Positions 24,935-38,494 of a stretch of 64,000 nt of DNA are shown here, in pieces. The DNA comes from Eukaryota sp. GEM-RC1 (lineage: Eukaryota), in assembly GCA_040285855.1 (NCBI GenBank), contig JAUFOQ010000002.1:3596001-3660000 (forward strand), in the 5' to 3' direction. How positions within the stretch are numbered: the first letter of the stretch is position 1; each line of letters starts with the position of its first letter. The notes under the pieces were generated by a model, which made no database searches, was not told where the DNA came from, and worked only from the letters and a program-made list of their open reading frames with translations. The position numbers were made by a program, and so were the translations under genes.

Positions 24935-25574
24935 GGTATGTATTACAACAATATTGTATCATAATGTGTTTTATTATTAATAATAAATCTGTGAGATTTT
25001 TCAATTTCTCTCTTACTAGGAGTGTTAATCAGCTCAGTTCATGAACTAAACTGATTGAACTGTCACAGAAACAACTCCAAACACTTAATTCCTTCGATTT
25101 TGTTAACTATTCGTCTTAAGCACCCAGCTTTTCATTTTTCATCGGTAACGAATGAGCAGTTTCTGATTTGACCAGATTACAAGAGTCGAATTAAGGTGAA
25201 ATCAATTAGTTGAGCAATCCACTGATTATACGGACTATTCCTAATTTCTCGATATGGTTTCCTTATTTACTTGCACTATTGTTTTGGGTTCTGAATCAGA
25301 AAAGGAGTTGTTCGACATAGTTTCATAATTATGTTTAGTACATGATTTGATGAACAGAATCTGGAACTAAAATGTCAAAAGATGAGTAGAGCTAATTTTG
25401 TGTCATTTTGGTTAGCTTAATATAAAAGGCCAACCAACAAATGCTTTGAACTGAGCTGAACTTTTGGGTCACAACATTGTTTCTCAGTACAAAATTAGTA
25501 CAATCAAGACCAAATTAAGGTGTGCTTTTTCAACCTCATGGAGCCCAATTTATAAGTAGAATAGCTACAATGAA

Positions 25575-25648
25575 CAGTCTTCCCCGGTTTATGTCCACCT
25601 CTTGGACTGGACATAAACCGAATTTGGACATATACCGGGGGAAGACTG
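25575..25648. mobile_element. 74-bp pogo/Tc1-type MITE, same family as 21146
   Basis: CAGTCTTCCCCGGTTTATGTCC...GGACATATACCGGGGGAAGACTG|TA. Confidence 0.8.
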
Positions 25649-26204
25649 TAGTTTTGAAAACTAAGTTGTAGATTAAGGTCACTGAGACCAATTGTTGTGA
25701 TACATGGAGTTCACACAAAATAGGTTTATGATCAACCCCTTACAGATTACCAGTTGTGAAAGACGTCACTTACTGACTTTGTTCAATTTAAATTATTATT
25801 TTAAATCACGTATAGCCTGTTTTTGTACTAAGACTCAAGCAAACATAAGTATATGCGGTTTTGATAACCAGTTGAAACATCTGCTCATGATGAAACATCA
25901 TTCACCTAAAATGTTCGCCCCTCATTGAGTTGTTCTGCAGACAGGACGGAAACAATTAGACCTGCTGTAGATGTAGTGTTCCAAAAGAAGAAGAATCAGT
26001 TCCTTAAAGTAAGGAAAGTGGAAACACAAGAATCAAAAATTCCTCATTTGAATTTATCATATTGCCGTAAATTTAGCTACGTGCTTTGAAGTTTTACTGA
26101 TTTCTAGTAAATACTATTTTATCACTTGTATTGTTGGGTTTTCGTATAGATTTGTGCATTTTTAAAACATTCATTGCTTGTATTTCACGTTAATTTAATG
26201 TGTA

Positions 26205-27075
26205 CTGGGAACTTGGAATATATGGAACGTAAATACATAGGGATGCTTTTGTAAAGCGCAAACACATAATTCGATTAATCCATGCAGAGCCATCAAAGAC
26301 CTCCTGTTGGAAGTTCCTAAAATATTAAAATCACTAAAAACACATTTAAACCGGCCGTACCTGTATTACCAAAAAATTGAAATGGCAACTGGAACAAAGC
26401 AAAATTTTGAATCTAAATTTCCATACTGTTTCTTCAAAGTATCAGCTTAATTCGAACGCTTACTATGTTCAAACATTTCAAGATGACCCTTGTAGATTGT
26501 TGCAAACGGCTAAGCTGTAGTAAAATTAGCCTCAACTTGGGAAGAATCCATGAAATGGGCAATTAGATCTCTTTGCCGACAATCAAACACGTTATGGTCA
26601 CTATAAGGTATCAAAAGAGGTTCAATTTTACAACCACAATTATAGGATATGAAAATTTCATAAGTAAGATCACAGCGTTATGTAAAACAAATCGACATGC
26701 AAAAATGTCTTACAATTAACAGTATGTCAATAAGTGACTGTAGAATTGTTATCGCAAACACCAATTATTAAGCAAACCACTAGGGAATACCAGTAGCAGA
26801 AATAGAGATTCAATTGACCGATTGGAATACTAGTAGCCGACAAACGTTCTTCGGGAAGATTTTGTATCAAACTTCAATAGGCAAACATTGGTCTGCTTCA
26901 CCCAATGAGTCTAATAAGCCATAAGAGCCATCTACAACTAAATTAAAAACATTTGAAATGACGCTTACTCTCAAGAAGAAAATCTTTCATACCACTTATA
27001 ATGGCATTTTTTCACATATACTTAGCCGCTGAAAAACCAACACCACCAAAGTTTGGACTAAAAAGGGATGACAAG
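26205..27075 (-). mobile_element. Degenerate RLE retrotransposon fragment R7 (close to R5)
   Basis: Minus strand: FSPNFGGVGFS, CKIEPLL, DLIAHFMDSSQV; ggattaatcgaattatg shared with R5. Confidence 0.75.
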
Positions 27076-27502
27076 GAGTTTTACATAGATTTTAGTGACT
27101 AAAAGGATCAACAGTTGTGAAGGACGTCAGTTACTGACTTTGTTCATCTTATCTTAGTAAACATCATTAATTGAAGTAAATTTAGCTATATTGTACATGT
27201 GTTGAAGTTTTACCACGTTCTTGTAAATAATTATTAATCACACTACATGTATGGATTTTTGCACTATAACAACACACATTGTGTTAGTCTCAGAATAGTG
27301 GAGATTCAGCTTATCTACTTCCATTTTAGTCAATTGTTGTCAGTAAGATGTCTAAGAACTGCGGTGTTGTTGCTCTAGAGTGCTGTGTGTCTGGTGTTTC
27401 AAAAGTGGTCTTTTTATTGCAAATTTGTGTCATTTTCCTTTTACTTCCATAAACTTTCTTTCTCCACAGAAATTTAATCAATAGATAATCGCATTAAAAA
27501 CC

Positions 27503-29080
27503 TCACAATATGTCCCCACCCAGAACAAAAACAAACACTAATAATACCAACAGTCCAACATTGACAATAGGTAAAGAAAACGAGGACACGACTGGTCCAT
27601 CATCCTCTGGTCTACGAGGTCTCTTTGACCCCGTGTCTTCATTAGACCCGTCTTTTTCCTTGTCATCGTGGTGTCCATCATCAACATTATCACTGTCAGA
27701 TCGAGGTTCAACATAATACTCGACGAAAATGTTACTCAGAACAAACGAAGCTCGCTCCCGTGTCGTAAAGGAGATCTTGCTTACTGAAGAAAACCCAGGA
27801 GCAGGCAGAGCAGTAACTTCAGCTACAGATACTTCCCTTGTGTGATCGCAGTTATTTTCAACACTAGCCCATATATCGTATGGTTCAGTTAGAGCCTCAT
27901 CTCCTTGACCCGATGTCAAACTTACTCTGCAGTGACCACGGTCTGTTATTGCTGTGACTTCTACTTTGCTCCCAGTAATAGATAAGCGACCAGTGTCTAT
28001 AATGGAGAGTTCAAGATCGTACACTCCCACTCCCAATGTTTCTTGTGATAAACCCGTTCCAATAGAAGGGCGGTGGCTGAGACGGTTGATGCACGAAGGC
28101 GATGCAGCAGCGGGAAACACACCCATTAGTATGTCTTCACGAAAAGCTTTCACACTCAGCTTCAACCCAATATCAGCCAACAACCTATCAGTATCATCTG
28201 ACAAGATTATAATTGAAGAGTCGTGGGAGCTAAAGGAGTATAGATTCTCTAGTAATAGAGGAAAACCTATTCGACCTGATGAGATGCTATTCCGAGTACA
28301 TTCTGGACCTCCAAAGCCATGGAAACACTCACATGTCTCTTCAACACAAGTACCTGCTAGACATGGGACTTTACAATTGAAATTTGTTGGGACATCGTCG
28401 TCAATAGGTTCTCCATCGTTACCACCTGGTTGATCGTCCGAATGGTCATCGTCATCGTCATCATCATCTGGATCATCGTCAATAGGTTCTCCATCGTTAC
28501 CACCTGGTTGATCGTCCGAATGGTCATCGTCATCATCATCTGGATCATCGTCAATAGGTTCTCCATCGTTACCACCTATTTGATCGTCCGAATGGTCATC
28601 GTCATCATCATCTGGATCATCGTCAATAGGTTCTCCATCGTTACCACCTGGTTGATCGTCCGAATGGTCATCGTCATCATCATCTGGATCATCATCAATA
28701 GGTTCTCCATTGTTACCGCCTGGTTGATCGTCCGAATGGTGATCGTCATCATCATCTGTTATATCATCAGCAAGTTCCCCATCGTTACCATCTGGTGGTT
28801 GTTTCAGATGGTAATCATCTGTGATTTCTTCAGCGTTGGAATTATCCGAATCACCATCAGATATATCTTCAACAACTTCATCGGAGTCTTTGACCACTTC
28901 ATCGGAGTCTTTGACCACTTTTTTTGCTCGCTCGCTCACTGTCTCATTTGTTTGGGACTCATCTATCATGCTTGAATGATGAAAGGCCCCAAAATCTGTC
29001 TTCAAACCTTGTCTTCTGAGGTTCATTTCAGCAACGCCATAACTGACAAGGACAACAAGTACTACAAGCAGGGGGGACAT
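27503..29080 (-). CDS. Secreted or membrane-anchored Asp-rich repeat protein with one EGF-like domain
   Basis: Signal-peptide-like N-terminus, 24-aa acidic repeats, C..PCLAGTC...CECFHGFGGPEC EGF motif, C-terminal hydrophobic anchor. Confidence 0.85.
   Translation of the reverse strand: MSPLLVVLVVLVSYGVAEMNLRRQGLKTDFGAFHHSSMIDESQTNETVSERAKKVVKDSDEVVKDSDEVVEDISDGDSDNSNAEEITDDYHLKQPPDGNDGELADDITDDDDDHHSDDQPGGNNGEPIDDDPDDDDDDHSDDQPGGNDGEPIDDDPDDDDDDHSDDQIGGNDGEPIDDDPDDDDDDHSDDQPGGNDGEPIDDDPDDDDDDDDHSDDQPGGNDGEPIDDDVPTNFNCKVPCLAGTCVEETCECFHGFGGPECTRNSISSGRIGFPLLLENLYSFSSHDSSIIILSDDTDRLLADIGLKLSVKAFREDILMGVFPAAASPSCINRLSHRPSIGTGLSQETLGVGVYDLELSIIDTGRLSITGSKVEVTAITDRGHCRVSLTSGQGDEALTEPYDIWASVENNCDHTREVSVAEVTALPAPGFSSVSKISFTTRERASFVLSNIFVEYYVEPRSDSDNVDDGHHDDKEKDGSNEDTGSKRPRRPEDDGPVVSSFSLPIVNVGLLVLLVFVFVLGGDIL
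28395..28800. repeat. 72-bp coding tandem repeat, about 5 copies plus a degenerate one
   Basis: Unit encodes HSDDQPGGNDGEPIDDDPDDDDDD; a 21-bp repeat (KDSDEVV) also lies at ~28875-28920. Confidence 0.95.
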
Positions 29081-29514
29081 GGAAGGTTCGCATTTTGTGT
29101 CACACTCTGGTTACACTGTTGAGATTCAAACTACGGATATCTTCCACATGAAATGTGGGTGCCGTGATCAATGCAACAGTTCTGACATAGGATTACTCTT
29201 GATTCAGTGAAGTTCATATTCATTTGTTTTGTTAGACTTGCCATTATTCAAACCAATATTTTGCTTGGAAACTGGTCTGGCTTATGAAACATCACAAAAT
29301 AAAAAAAAATTCTCCTAAAAATCCACCGTTTATAAAAACCATCATGAAATCAAAAATACAACATTAGACTGAACCAAATGACGTTATAACACAACAAACA
29401 TCATAGAAAAGAAAAGATCAAGAAAACCAACAATACATGCACACAGACAGCAAAAGAAAGACTAATTGAAGTGACACATGAAGCTACAAGAGAGCCACAA
29501 GACTACCATTAAGA

Positions 29515-29924
29515 TTATCTGGGAACTGAAGAACGTGGTGGAAAAGGAGCCGTTCCTTCATTACGGTCATATACCCCTTCATCTAGTACATCCAGTATAT
29601 GGACAGCATACACACCAGGATGAGCTCTTTCTAGAGTTAGATTCAGAGCGTAAGAATCATACCAAGCCCAAGATAATTAGACACCCAAGTAGAAGGATTC
29701 ATGACAGAGACAATACCCTCATATGAAGTGGTGGTAACTTCCGCAACACGGTCAGGGTCACCTTCCATGTTAAGAAAGTCACAATTCTCACAACCTAGGT
29801 CAATAAATTGGTCCTCTGTTTTTATTAGACCACACCAAAGACAAGCACGGAGACCTTTAGTACCAGCAGGAAGAACACGCTCAGGTCGTTGTCGTAGAGG
29901 GAGATTAGAACTAGAGAATGACAT
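29515..29924 (-). CDS. SPT4: Transcription elongation factor Spt4, with one 32-nt intron (29631-29662)
   Basis: LRACLWC.LIKT..QF...GCENC..L.M, T..YEG and PGVYA after removing GTATGA...CTAACTCTAG. Confidence 0.95.
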
Positions 29925-29975
29925 TAAGTAAGCAGTAAGAGTTGTGTTGAGAAAAAATGTGGTAACCCAAACTCA

Positions 29976-31322
29976 ATGTCAGATGCTTTCGATTATGTTT
30001 TCTTGGGAACTTCCCCAGCCCTAGCTTATGCTGCATTCATATTGTCTTCACAAGGAAAATCCTGTTGCATTGTAGATGCTTCCTCAACTTACGGTGGATG
30101 GTCTTCCTCGCTTTCACCTCCAAAGTTTGACTCAAGTACCAACTCCTTTGCACCCACTTTCTCTTCCTTTAAACATCTTTACCACTCAGATTCCTTTCCT
30201 CCCCGCTTTTGCAGGACAACTTCTGTTGACCTAGTTCCCACCACATTTCCTTGCAACAGTATATCCATTGACCTTATTCGTGATCATAATCTGTCTCAGC
30301 ATTTTTTCTTTTCAAGTCCTTCTTCAATATCTGTTCGTGAGAATTCTACCTTTACTGAGATTCCAATGTCTGGACATGCCGTGTTTAGATCAAAATCATT
30401 GACCCCCAGGCAAAAGAGATCAATGGTTAAGTTAATTCAATCAATTACAATTGACAATCAATCAAGTGAATCTGACCATACGTCATGGTTTGATTTTCTA
30501 TCAAAATTTGATCTACCAGATCTTGTTTTAAACTCTCTTACTTTTGCGCTCCCATATCCTCTTCTTTTTAATCAAGAAAAGCTCCTGGTCAATCACGATC
30601 TTAATGATGTTCAATCATCGACAATGATTGAGGCAATTTCTTCTTTTGTCAAGGGCAGTCATCGATTCTCTTCGGAATCTCCATTTTTATTAAATATGTA
30701 TGGATCTTCGGAATTTTCTCAAGTTTTTAGTCGTGGTTCTGCTGTAAATGGAAGTGTTTTTCTATTAAACACCACATCAAATTTGATTGAAGATCAAGAT
30801 TTAATCAAACTTCAGTGTGAAGTCGAAGGAGCCCCAAATGAAATCAGTTTTAAATATTTAATATTTGATCAATTTCATTGTCCTTATGTTGTTGACAATC
30901 AAATTTCATCTAAAATTGGTAGAATTTGTCTCATTTCTAAAATTCCACTCATCACGAATGATATATTGTCATCATTTCTGTTTTTCAAATTTGAAAATTT
31001 AATGATATTTGGAATGCAATACGATCATTTGTGTACTAAAAATGTACCAAAAGATCATTATTTAATTTATTTCTGGTGTCATTTTCCAGTAATTCATGAT
31101 GACGAAATAGTTCAAAAAATGGAGAGTTTTTTAAATAATTTAATTAACGAAATTGAACCAATATGGGGGTATACTTTTGTCCAGAATTTATATGAAAAAT
31201 CTATTATTAAAAATTCTGACAGGAACAATATATTGTCCGTTTTTGATTCTCCTTTAGTAAGTTCATTTGATCAAAGTATATCCATCGCGAATGAATTATT
31301 GGAATATATTAAGATGACATAA
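29976..31322 (+). CDS. Rab escort protein / Rab-GDI family protein
   Basis: FDYVFLGT...LSSQGK....D....YGG, VP.S...VFRSK.L....KR, SPFL..MYG.SE.SQ.F.R.SAV.G..F.L. Confidence 0.85.
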   Translation: MSDAFDYVFLGTSPALAYAAFILSSQGKSCCIVDASSTYGGWSSSLSPPKFDSSTNSFAPTFSSFKHLYHSDSFPPRFCRTTSVDLVPTTFPCNSISIDLIRDHNLSQHFFFSSPSSISVRENSTFTEIPMSGHAVFRSKSLTPRQKRSMVKLIQSITIDNQSSESDHTSWFDFLSKFDLPDLVLNSLTFALPYPLLFNQEKLLVNHDLNDVQSSTMIEAISSFVKGSHRFSSESPFLLNMYGSSEFSQVFSRGSAVNGSVFLLNTTSNLIEDQDLIKLQCEVEGAPNEISFKYLIFDQFHCPYVVDNQISSKIGRICLISKIPLITNDILSSFLFFKFENLMIFGMQYDHLCTKNVPKDHYLIYFWCHFPVIHDDEIVQKMESFLNNLINEIEPIWGYTFVQNLYEKSIIKNSDRNNILSVFDSPLVSSFDQSISIANELLEYIKMT

Positions 31323-31454
31323 TATTTGTGTGTCAAAAGGTTTTACAAATTTTAATAATTCTGTAACAATCTCAACGATTTCCAATCACGAAACTATTTT
31401 GTTCCACTGCTCATTAAAGTAACACTGTAACATTCTGTAAATTATTTTAAAATC

Positions 31455-34400
31455 TCAAAGCTGTGCAGTCCAACCACACCACATTAGACATAAATTACGG
31501 TCATCCGTTGCTTCATTTACTAGTTTTTCAACCACTACTTTCACTGGCCTGAAAATTCCCTTGATTTCCCCTCTTACTCTACGTTGCAGAAGTTCAATAT
31601 CCTGATCAGATTTCCTTTCAGAAAGTCTATCTTTAACGAAAATGTAAAGCAAAGTAGTGATAAAGTCAGCGTTTTTCCTAGCACAATGAAGAGCATGACC
31701 AATGACTGGTTTGGCTACATTTTCAATACCGCGAGGGCCAAGACCATCAACGACATTGGAGGTCAATCTGAATGGAACGCGTTCTGGTACTCTAGTTGTT
31801 TTACCTCTGTGGAAAATAAAGTTAAAATCACAATGTTGACAAGTTCCGGTCTCAATGTCTAATAAAATATTTTGAAAATGTCGATCTCCAAGACCTAAAA
31901 CGTAACAAATACCGCACCATAATGCTGAGCTAATTCCAAATTTGCGCTTAGCTTCAACCACTTCAGAAAATGTGGAAAATTTAGATTTTTGGAAAAACCA
32001 ACGATGAAAAACAGGTGGAAATCTAGAAGCAAAATGTTGAACATACCAAGCATGCATTAACTCCTCAAAATCTGGTCTCTTTGACCAGGATTCGTACTTT
32101 GACTTGTGTTCCGATGCCATCACCCTAAACCATTCACTTTCAGAGCCTTGGTGACCCTCGTAAGTTTGATATAAATCATGAAGAATTTCTCTCATTGGTT
32201 TGGTATTTGGAATCATTTCGAGAATACCAAAGTTTTCGTTCGAGTTACCACAACCAGCAGCAATTGGAAGTGCTGCAAAGAGAGACAAGTGAGTTGAGAC
32301 CGCAAGATCTCTTGAGGAAGACTTTCTAAGCAAATCATTGTAAAAAACTGCCAAATTAATGACACGGTTGTCGATTCTTAGGTCGTCCTTTGGTTTAATA
32401 ATGATAGCTCTGGATTCCCCGTTACTCAATTTTAAGTCACATTTAAAAGGCAAAGTATTTGAACTAAATACATAGATTTTGGCAGAGACTGAGTGGACTT
32501 TTAATACATCACTATTTCCTAGAAAGTTACTCAACAAAGGTGCAGCTAATAGAGAAAAGGTGCTGTCCAATTGAGCTTTAGCAGCTCTAGAAAGATTCAA
32601 AGTCTTACCACCTGCGTCATTCTTGCTCTTAACAGAATTCTTACAAAAGGAAAGCATAACATCGTGTAGTTTTGCCAGTACCTTCATTTCTTGTCTGGCA
32701 CGCAGGATCGTGTAAAGCTCGTGCTTAAACCCAGTCTGACGGCCTTCTGAAAGCTTAACATACAAGGGAATGATCATCCACGAGGCTGTTTCAGGACATT
32801 GGTCAAGGGTTTTAACAACTAACGTTTTGATTACTCTGTTAACGGCAGGTGATTGTGAATCAATCCAGCCAATGACTTGAGAAAGTAACATGTTCCATTT
32901 GTAAGGGGAAATGATGTCAATTGCAGAAATTAAAATATTCGCGGCGTCAGACTCACTTGGGGAATATTTTGAATATCTAAAAAACATTAAAAGAGCACGA
33001 CATAAAGCTTCTGTTTCATTTTTCACTCCAAGGATTGCAATCAAAGTCCAATATTTTAAACAAGTTAGAATATTTTGGGATTCATACTGAGGAGCTTCAT
33101 CCAGGGGAGCTGTAAACGGATTAGAGTTCTCCCCGTCACTTGCCAAATCTGGTGAATCATACACGTCACCGGTTTCCAGAGTAGTTTTCGACTGATGTGT
33201 CGACCGATTCATGGAATCAATAGCTGTGACAAATTGCTTATCCAAGGTCGAACAATAAAGGTATAAAAGGTCTGAAACAACAAGACGAGCTTGTAAAGAC
33301 ATTTCGGGAGGATTGTTAGAAATGAAACTATTGAAAAATTCATCAAATGTTTTGACATACTGCATTTCAAATTTTAAAATTAGTTCATCATCACGGCCAC
33401 TTTCAATCAAAGCGTGACTTAAAGCAGTGTAGATACTGTGTAGGAAATAAGCCCCTCCAATTGGATTGGGCTGGAGCTCAGATATTAAATTATTGAATAT
33501 TTTAACTGCAGCCATTGGTTTTGCCATCTGATGCATGCAGATTGCTTGTTCTCGAGAGATCTTAAATCTGAGGAATCTCTCATTAGTGTTTAAATTATTT
33601 AAAATTTGGAATGCATTGGCTGGATTGCCATGTTTTCGAGATAGAATAGCAGATTTCAACAAAATTGACGAACGTTGATCAGGAATTACTTTTGAATGCA
33701 CTGGTAAAAGAAAATTGAAATAATTCAAATTCTGAGGACAAAAAGACAATTGGCGGCGGCAATCCAAAAGTGTTTGCCAATTATCAATCATTTTAAATTT
33801 CTCAGCCACTTCAACATCAGCAAGTGCCTGAACTCGTAACAAACTACTTATAGTGGAGTCCACAGTATCAGAAACAAGTAAAGCTATTGAATCATGATAA
33901 ATTGAAGTAATCAGCGGATCAGAATCATTACCAACTTTTCCTATCAAATTGTCAATCACAGACCAATCACTCAATTGGGATACGTCATTAGGGTCACTTT
34001 CGTCTCCCCAAAGACTTGCAAACTCTGAACAATATAAAAGTGATGAATAATTTGATATAAATTCCGGGTCCAGATTTCCACAATATTTAGAATATAATTC
34101 GGCATACACAGCAGCGCGTTCCTTATAGCCCAACTTATAGCTGCTTTTAATCATAAATTTAAAATCTATTTCACTTAATACTCTAAACGACAGACTAGAC
34201 CTTGGGGCAAATAAATAAGCCCCTGCTTTTGGACAATTTCTATTGATATTTGCAGATCCTGGAGCTCTAGAAGGAGTAAACGAAGCACATCCCTGGTAGA
34301 TAAGTGAGTCTACAACAATGAGAATTGAAGGTAAGGCGGCGGAAAGATCAAATGAAGAATCGAATTTGGAAAGTAGAAACGAGTTGACTTCACGAGAAAA

Positions 34401-37400
34401 GCGATTGAGTGGGGAGTTTGGAAAATTTAAAAAAGTAAAACAAATTGTGGGGAATAACGCTTTTGTGAGTGACGGAAATAGAGTAATGATTGGACGAAAA
34501 CATTTTAAAAATTCAGCTGCTTCTGAAACCGATTTCTCACCAATTATTTCGATTAATAACTCAGAGAGTTTACCAAGGAAACTTTCCCCAGATAAATTAG
34601 GATCACGTTCCATGATTGTGGATGACGAGCTTCCTATAGTAGTTGAAGTAAAAGTGAACTTTGTATGACAAAAGACCTTCAAGACTTGACTATCAGCGTT
34701 TGAAAAGTGAGTTAGAAAGCCTTTTGACTTGATAAAATTGGCAATACATTGTAAAGAATACATCAAAAGTTGAGGATCTGAACTAATAAATAGTTTTAAT
34801 AAATGATCACTGGTTATTCTAGTGACTAACTGCTGGGAATACAGAAGATCATCATCAACGTCGGTTGATTTGGATTTTGGATTGACAAACTCACCGATTT
34901 TGATTGGCAGAATCGCCATCAGTTTCATTGCCTTGATTTTAACTGGATCTGAGTACAAAGCTCTTACATTATGAATAAGAACTGTGGTAAGTGGTCTTAC
35001 ATCGAATTCAAATTTAATCATTGGAAGACGGAAAAACAATGGCACAAGGGGAGTGGAAAAGGGCCAGCAACATGTCTAATACAAAGCACTGTAACCTAAG
35101 ATAAGAATGACTTAGCCATGGTAAGAGATCAACGACAAAGGAATTTAAACTCTGTTGAATAATGGAAAAATCAATTTCTGAGTGTATTGAAATAACGTCA
35201 AATATTTTAAATTTGGTATACTTGTTACACAGCGCCTGGATTTCCAGTGAGGTATCATCAGACTGGATTGTGGATGGAAGTAAACTAAAGCAGGGAAGAA
35301 GAATTCTTAAGTTGGAATCAAATTGCAACAAACATGTCAACAAATGTAAACAATTGAAAGGGGCAAGTGAAAAGAGCTCAAACACGTCAGCAATTAATGT
35401 TGCCAGTACTTGACTGATTTCCGGGTTAACATCTATTTGTACTGGTTCTTCGGTAATCAGACTGGGTGATGACGTGATGCGTGGGATATCTAGTGATTTT
35501 TGACAGTCAATCACACAATCAATGAAAACGGAAAGAGTTTTTGAGGTCGTATTTGCATCTAAACACTGTCGTAAAATAGAAATGATTTTGGGAAAGAATC
35601 CATTACAAAAATTTCCAAATAATTTAAAAATGTTAGTGACAGTTTTTAAGTAGAATTTAGTTCCATACTGAGTACAAACAAAACACTGCAACATAGATTT
35701 GAAACTATGAAGAATTCCAACAAAATGCTTAATCAGGAAAGCGTGATCATCATCATGAAAGTCGTCCAAAGTCAATTGATTAGTTTCCAAAGAGAACTGT
35801 GTCGTATTCCAAGTACAGCAGTACAACGCTGCAATCAATGGTGGGGTATCACTAGAACAGGGCTCAAAGAAGAAAAGGGAATAAATCAATGCATCAATTA
35901 GTTTGATTTTTGATGAGTTGTTGTCTAGCAACATTGAATGAAGAAGATCATTGGTATCTTGAGTGTAATTAATTGATGTAGAGTAATTGGCAATTAATAT
36001 TGATAACTGATGACGTAGATTAGGACGCATAGTGACAAGAGAAAAGATGTATGGGATCAGAAAAGGAAAAACTTCACGACAAATAGAAGAATTAAAAAAA
36101 CCAACATCAGGAACATTAATAAGCTTAGAAGCAAAACAATGAGAGATTTGTACTGGAAACATAGAAATGAAGGGAAGTAGAAACAGACTCGTAAGAAGAG
36201 GTGGCAAATGCTTCATATGGATATTTAAAACACTCAGAGAACTCTCGACCAATGAAATAATTGAACATTTTTAAAATTTCAGTTGAATTCATTGGTGAGT
36301 ACTTTACAATCAAATCAAAGAATAGGTCAATAAGAGAGTCACTTTGTGATAAAAGGAACAAAACTCCGGATGAAGGGGTATCAATCAATGACGTGAGTGA
36401 TTGAAAAGAAAATTGATGTGATTGATTGAACACGTGAGGAAAAGAGCAAGAAAGGAAGGAGTCCAGAAACAACAAGATTTGATGACGTGTTGATATTACG
36501 ATGCTACTGTTAAATAGAGGAAGGAAATAGTATTTTGCAATGTGGACGAGAATACGGGAAGCGATGTTAAAAAGAGGTGGAAGTGATTTTTCAATAATTT
36601 CAATTATTAAAAATTTAAAAAACGACAGAAATCCCAAGACGAGTGAAGAGTCAGAATCATTCTTCAATAGAACTTCAAAAATATTGAAAATTTCGAGAAT
36701 TTCTGATTCAAACGTAGGTGCAAGAAAGGCAAACTGAGAGTTAGCTGATTGAGTTGCAACTAATTGTCCCGAAATAAATGTGGGTAAATAATCAAAAATA
36801 GCAGTAGTCGTCGGAGTTGTAACCTTTGCAGAACGTAAGAATGTAACTATCGAGGAAACATTAAACACGTGTACAAGAGATGGAAAGAGTTTGACAAAAT
36901 GAAAACAGGTATGTACTGCAAAAGGGGAGTTGAATAAAATGTTTTGAGAAATGTATTCAAATAGAGTGGATATTTCCGATGTTTCCAATCGATATGAGCT
37001 CTTTTTTGATAGGTACTTGGATTTTGAACACTGACACGTCATCAGAGACTTGAGGTCGGAACTCACAGTTAATTGAACAAAGGATAACATTAAACAGGCC
37101 ACTTTGTGAAGAAGAAGCTCTTAGATAGTCTAGGCATTTAGCAATTACTTGTGGTAGAGAATATCTAGAAAGCTGTACAGCGGAGCAAAAATAGAAGGAA
37201 ATCACGTAGATGACATCATCAGTTATATCAGTGACATCATTCCACAGACAAAAGAAGAGATCAACAGAATCGTGTTCCAAAAAGGTAGGACTGATTGAAT
37301 ATCCCGTAATAACTGAAGGAAAAACACAAAGAACAAAGTCCAGTGAATGCTTCTTTTCATCCTTGATTAATTGAGAAGATAGTGAAGTCGAGAGATCATC

Positions 37401-38395
37401 TTTAATCAAATTAAACTGGGAATCAGAAAGAACACTCAAAAGGAAGAAATTGAAAGTGGAAAATGAAATAAGATTTGAGTTAGATTTGAGTGATTGGAAG
37501 AGCTCATCAGAGACCGTGCAATGATTGAGGAAGGATATAAGTAGACTAGAAGCTAGATTAGTGGAAGTAGTATGTTGTTCAGAATTGTTGAATAGAGACA
37601 CCAAGTTTAGTAATTGTAATACGAAATAAAACTGAGAAAATGTTAAATCATCACTTGAGTGGAGAAAAGAAGTTAATATATTCATGAGAGGATTAATTAA
37701 GGAAGAAAGATCTGTGAATTTAATAATTTCACATACCAATTCCTTACTTATATGACTTTGTACCTTCAAATTTAAACAATTCGTTACCAATTTTAAAAAC
37801 AGTTGATGATTAACAGTAAATTGCTGATTAAAAGAGCTCAAAAGAACAGCGGAACCTAGTTTATCCAAAAACGTGATTCAGAAGTTGCACAATAGAGATC
37901 AAGAAATTCATTAATCACAGTCGAAACACAAGAAAGTTGCCACATATTATCAGTCAAAAATGAAGCAATGTCAGAAAAGATCGAGAAAGTGCAGCCAACG
38001 TGACTACAATCAGCCTTAGAACACAGAAACCGACCGACAAAGCAAAAAGTCCTGATACATTGAGAAAGAGTGACGGGAAGAGAAAGGCAAAGATTCCGAG
38101 TAAACACAACAAGAAACTTTAACAGAGCAGGAGAAGGATGTAGGAACTGCAAAGTAGAAGAAGAAGAACCAAGAGAGCGAGAGAAGGGAGTGAAGAATGG
38201 TTGGGATGAGACCAAGTGACAGAGTAATTCACAACAATCATCAAACAAAGAGAGCTTGCAGGTATGTGAGCAAGAGCGAAGTTGAGAGAAGATTGAGCTC
38301 ATAACCTCCTCATGGTATCTTGTCAGTTCGTAGAGAGCGCGGAGCTGGTAGATAACATCACAAAGGGATGTTAACAGCGTGGAGAATTCAGACAT
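31455..38395 (-). CDS. ATR: ATR/Mec1-like PIKK checkpoint kinase (~2300 aa), split by about 4 apparent frameshifts
   Basis: KPKDDLR.D.R, LGLGDRHFQNILLD..TG...HCDFN, VPERVPFRLT and FATC EATDDRNLCLMWCGW. Upstream overlapping helical ORFs 35014, 36125, 36957 and 37856 inferred to be the HEAT region; start ATG at 38395 inferred. Confidence 0.88.
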
Positions 38396-38494
38396 CTCAT
38401 TGTGAGACAAGTTTGCCGGGAAGTTTGATGGGAACTCAAAAGTTTCACTTCCCAAACAGTTCACCTAGACTATTTCATTCCTTACACATTTGAG

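Noticed and set aside
28395..28975. CRISPR-like array, or real antisense ORFs 28430-28975 and 28357-28575
   Set aside because: The repeats are contiguous with no unique spacers and encode the Asp-rich protein; the other ORFs are shadows of the repeat.
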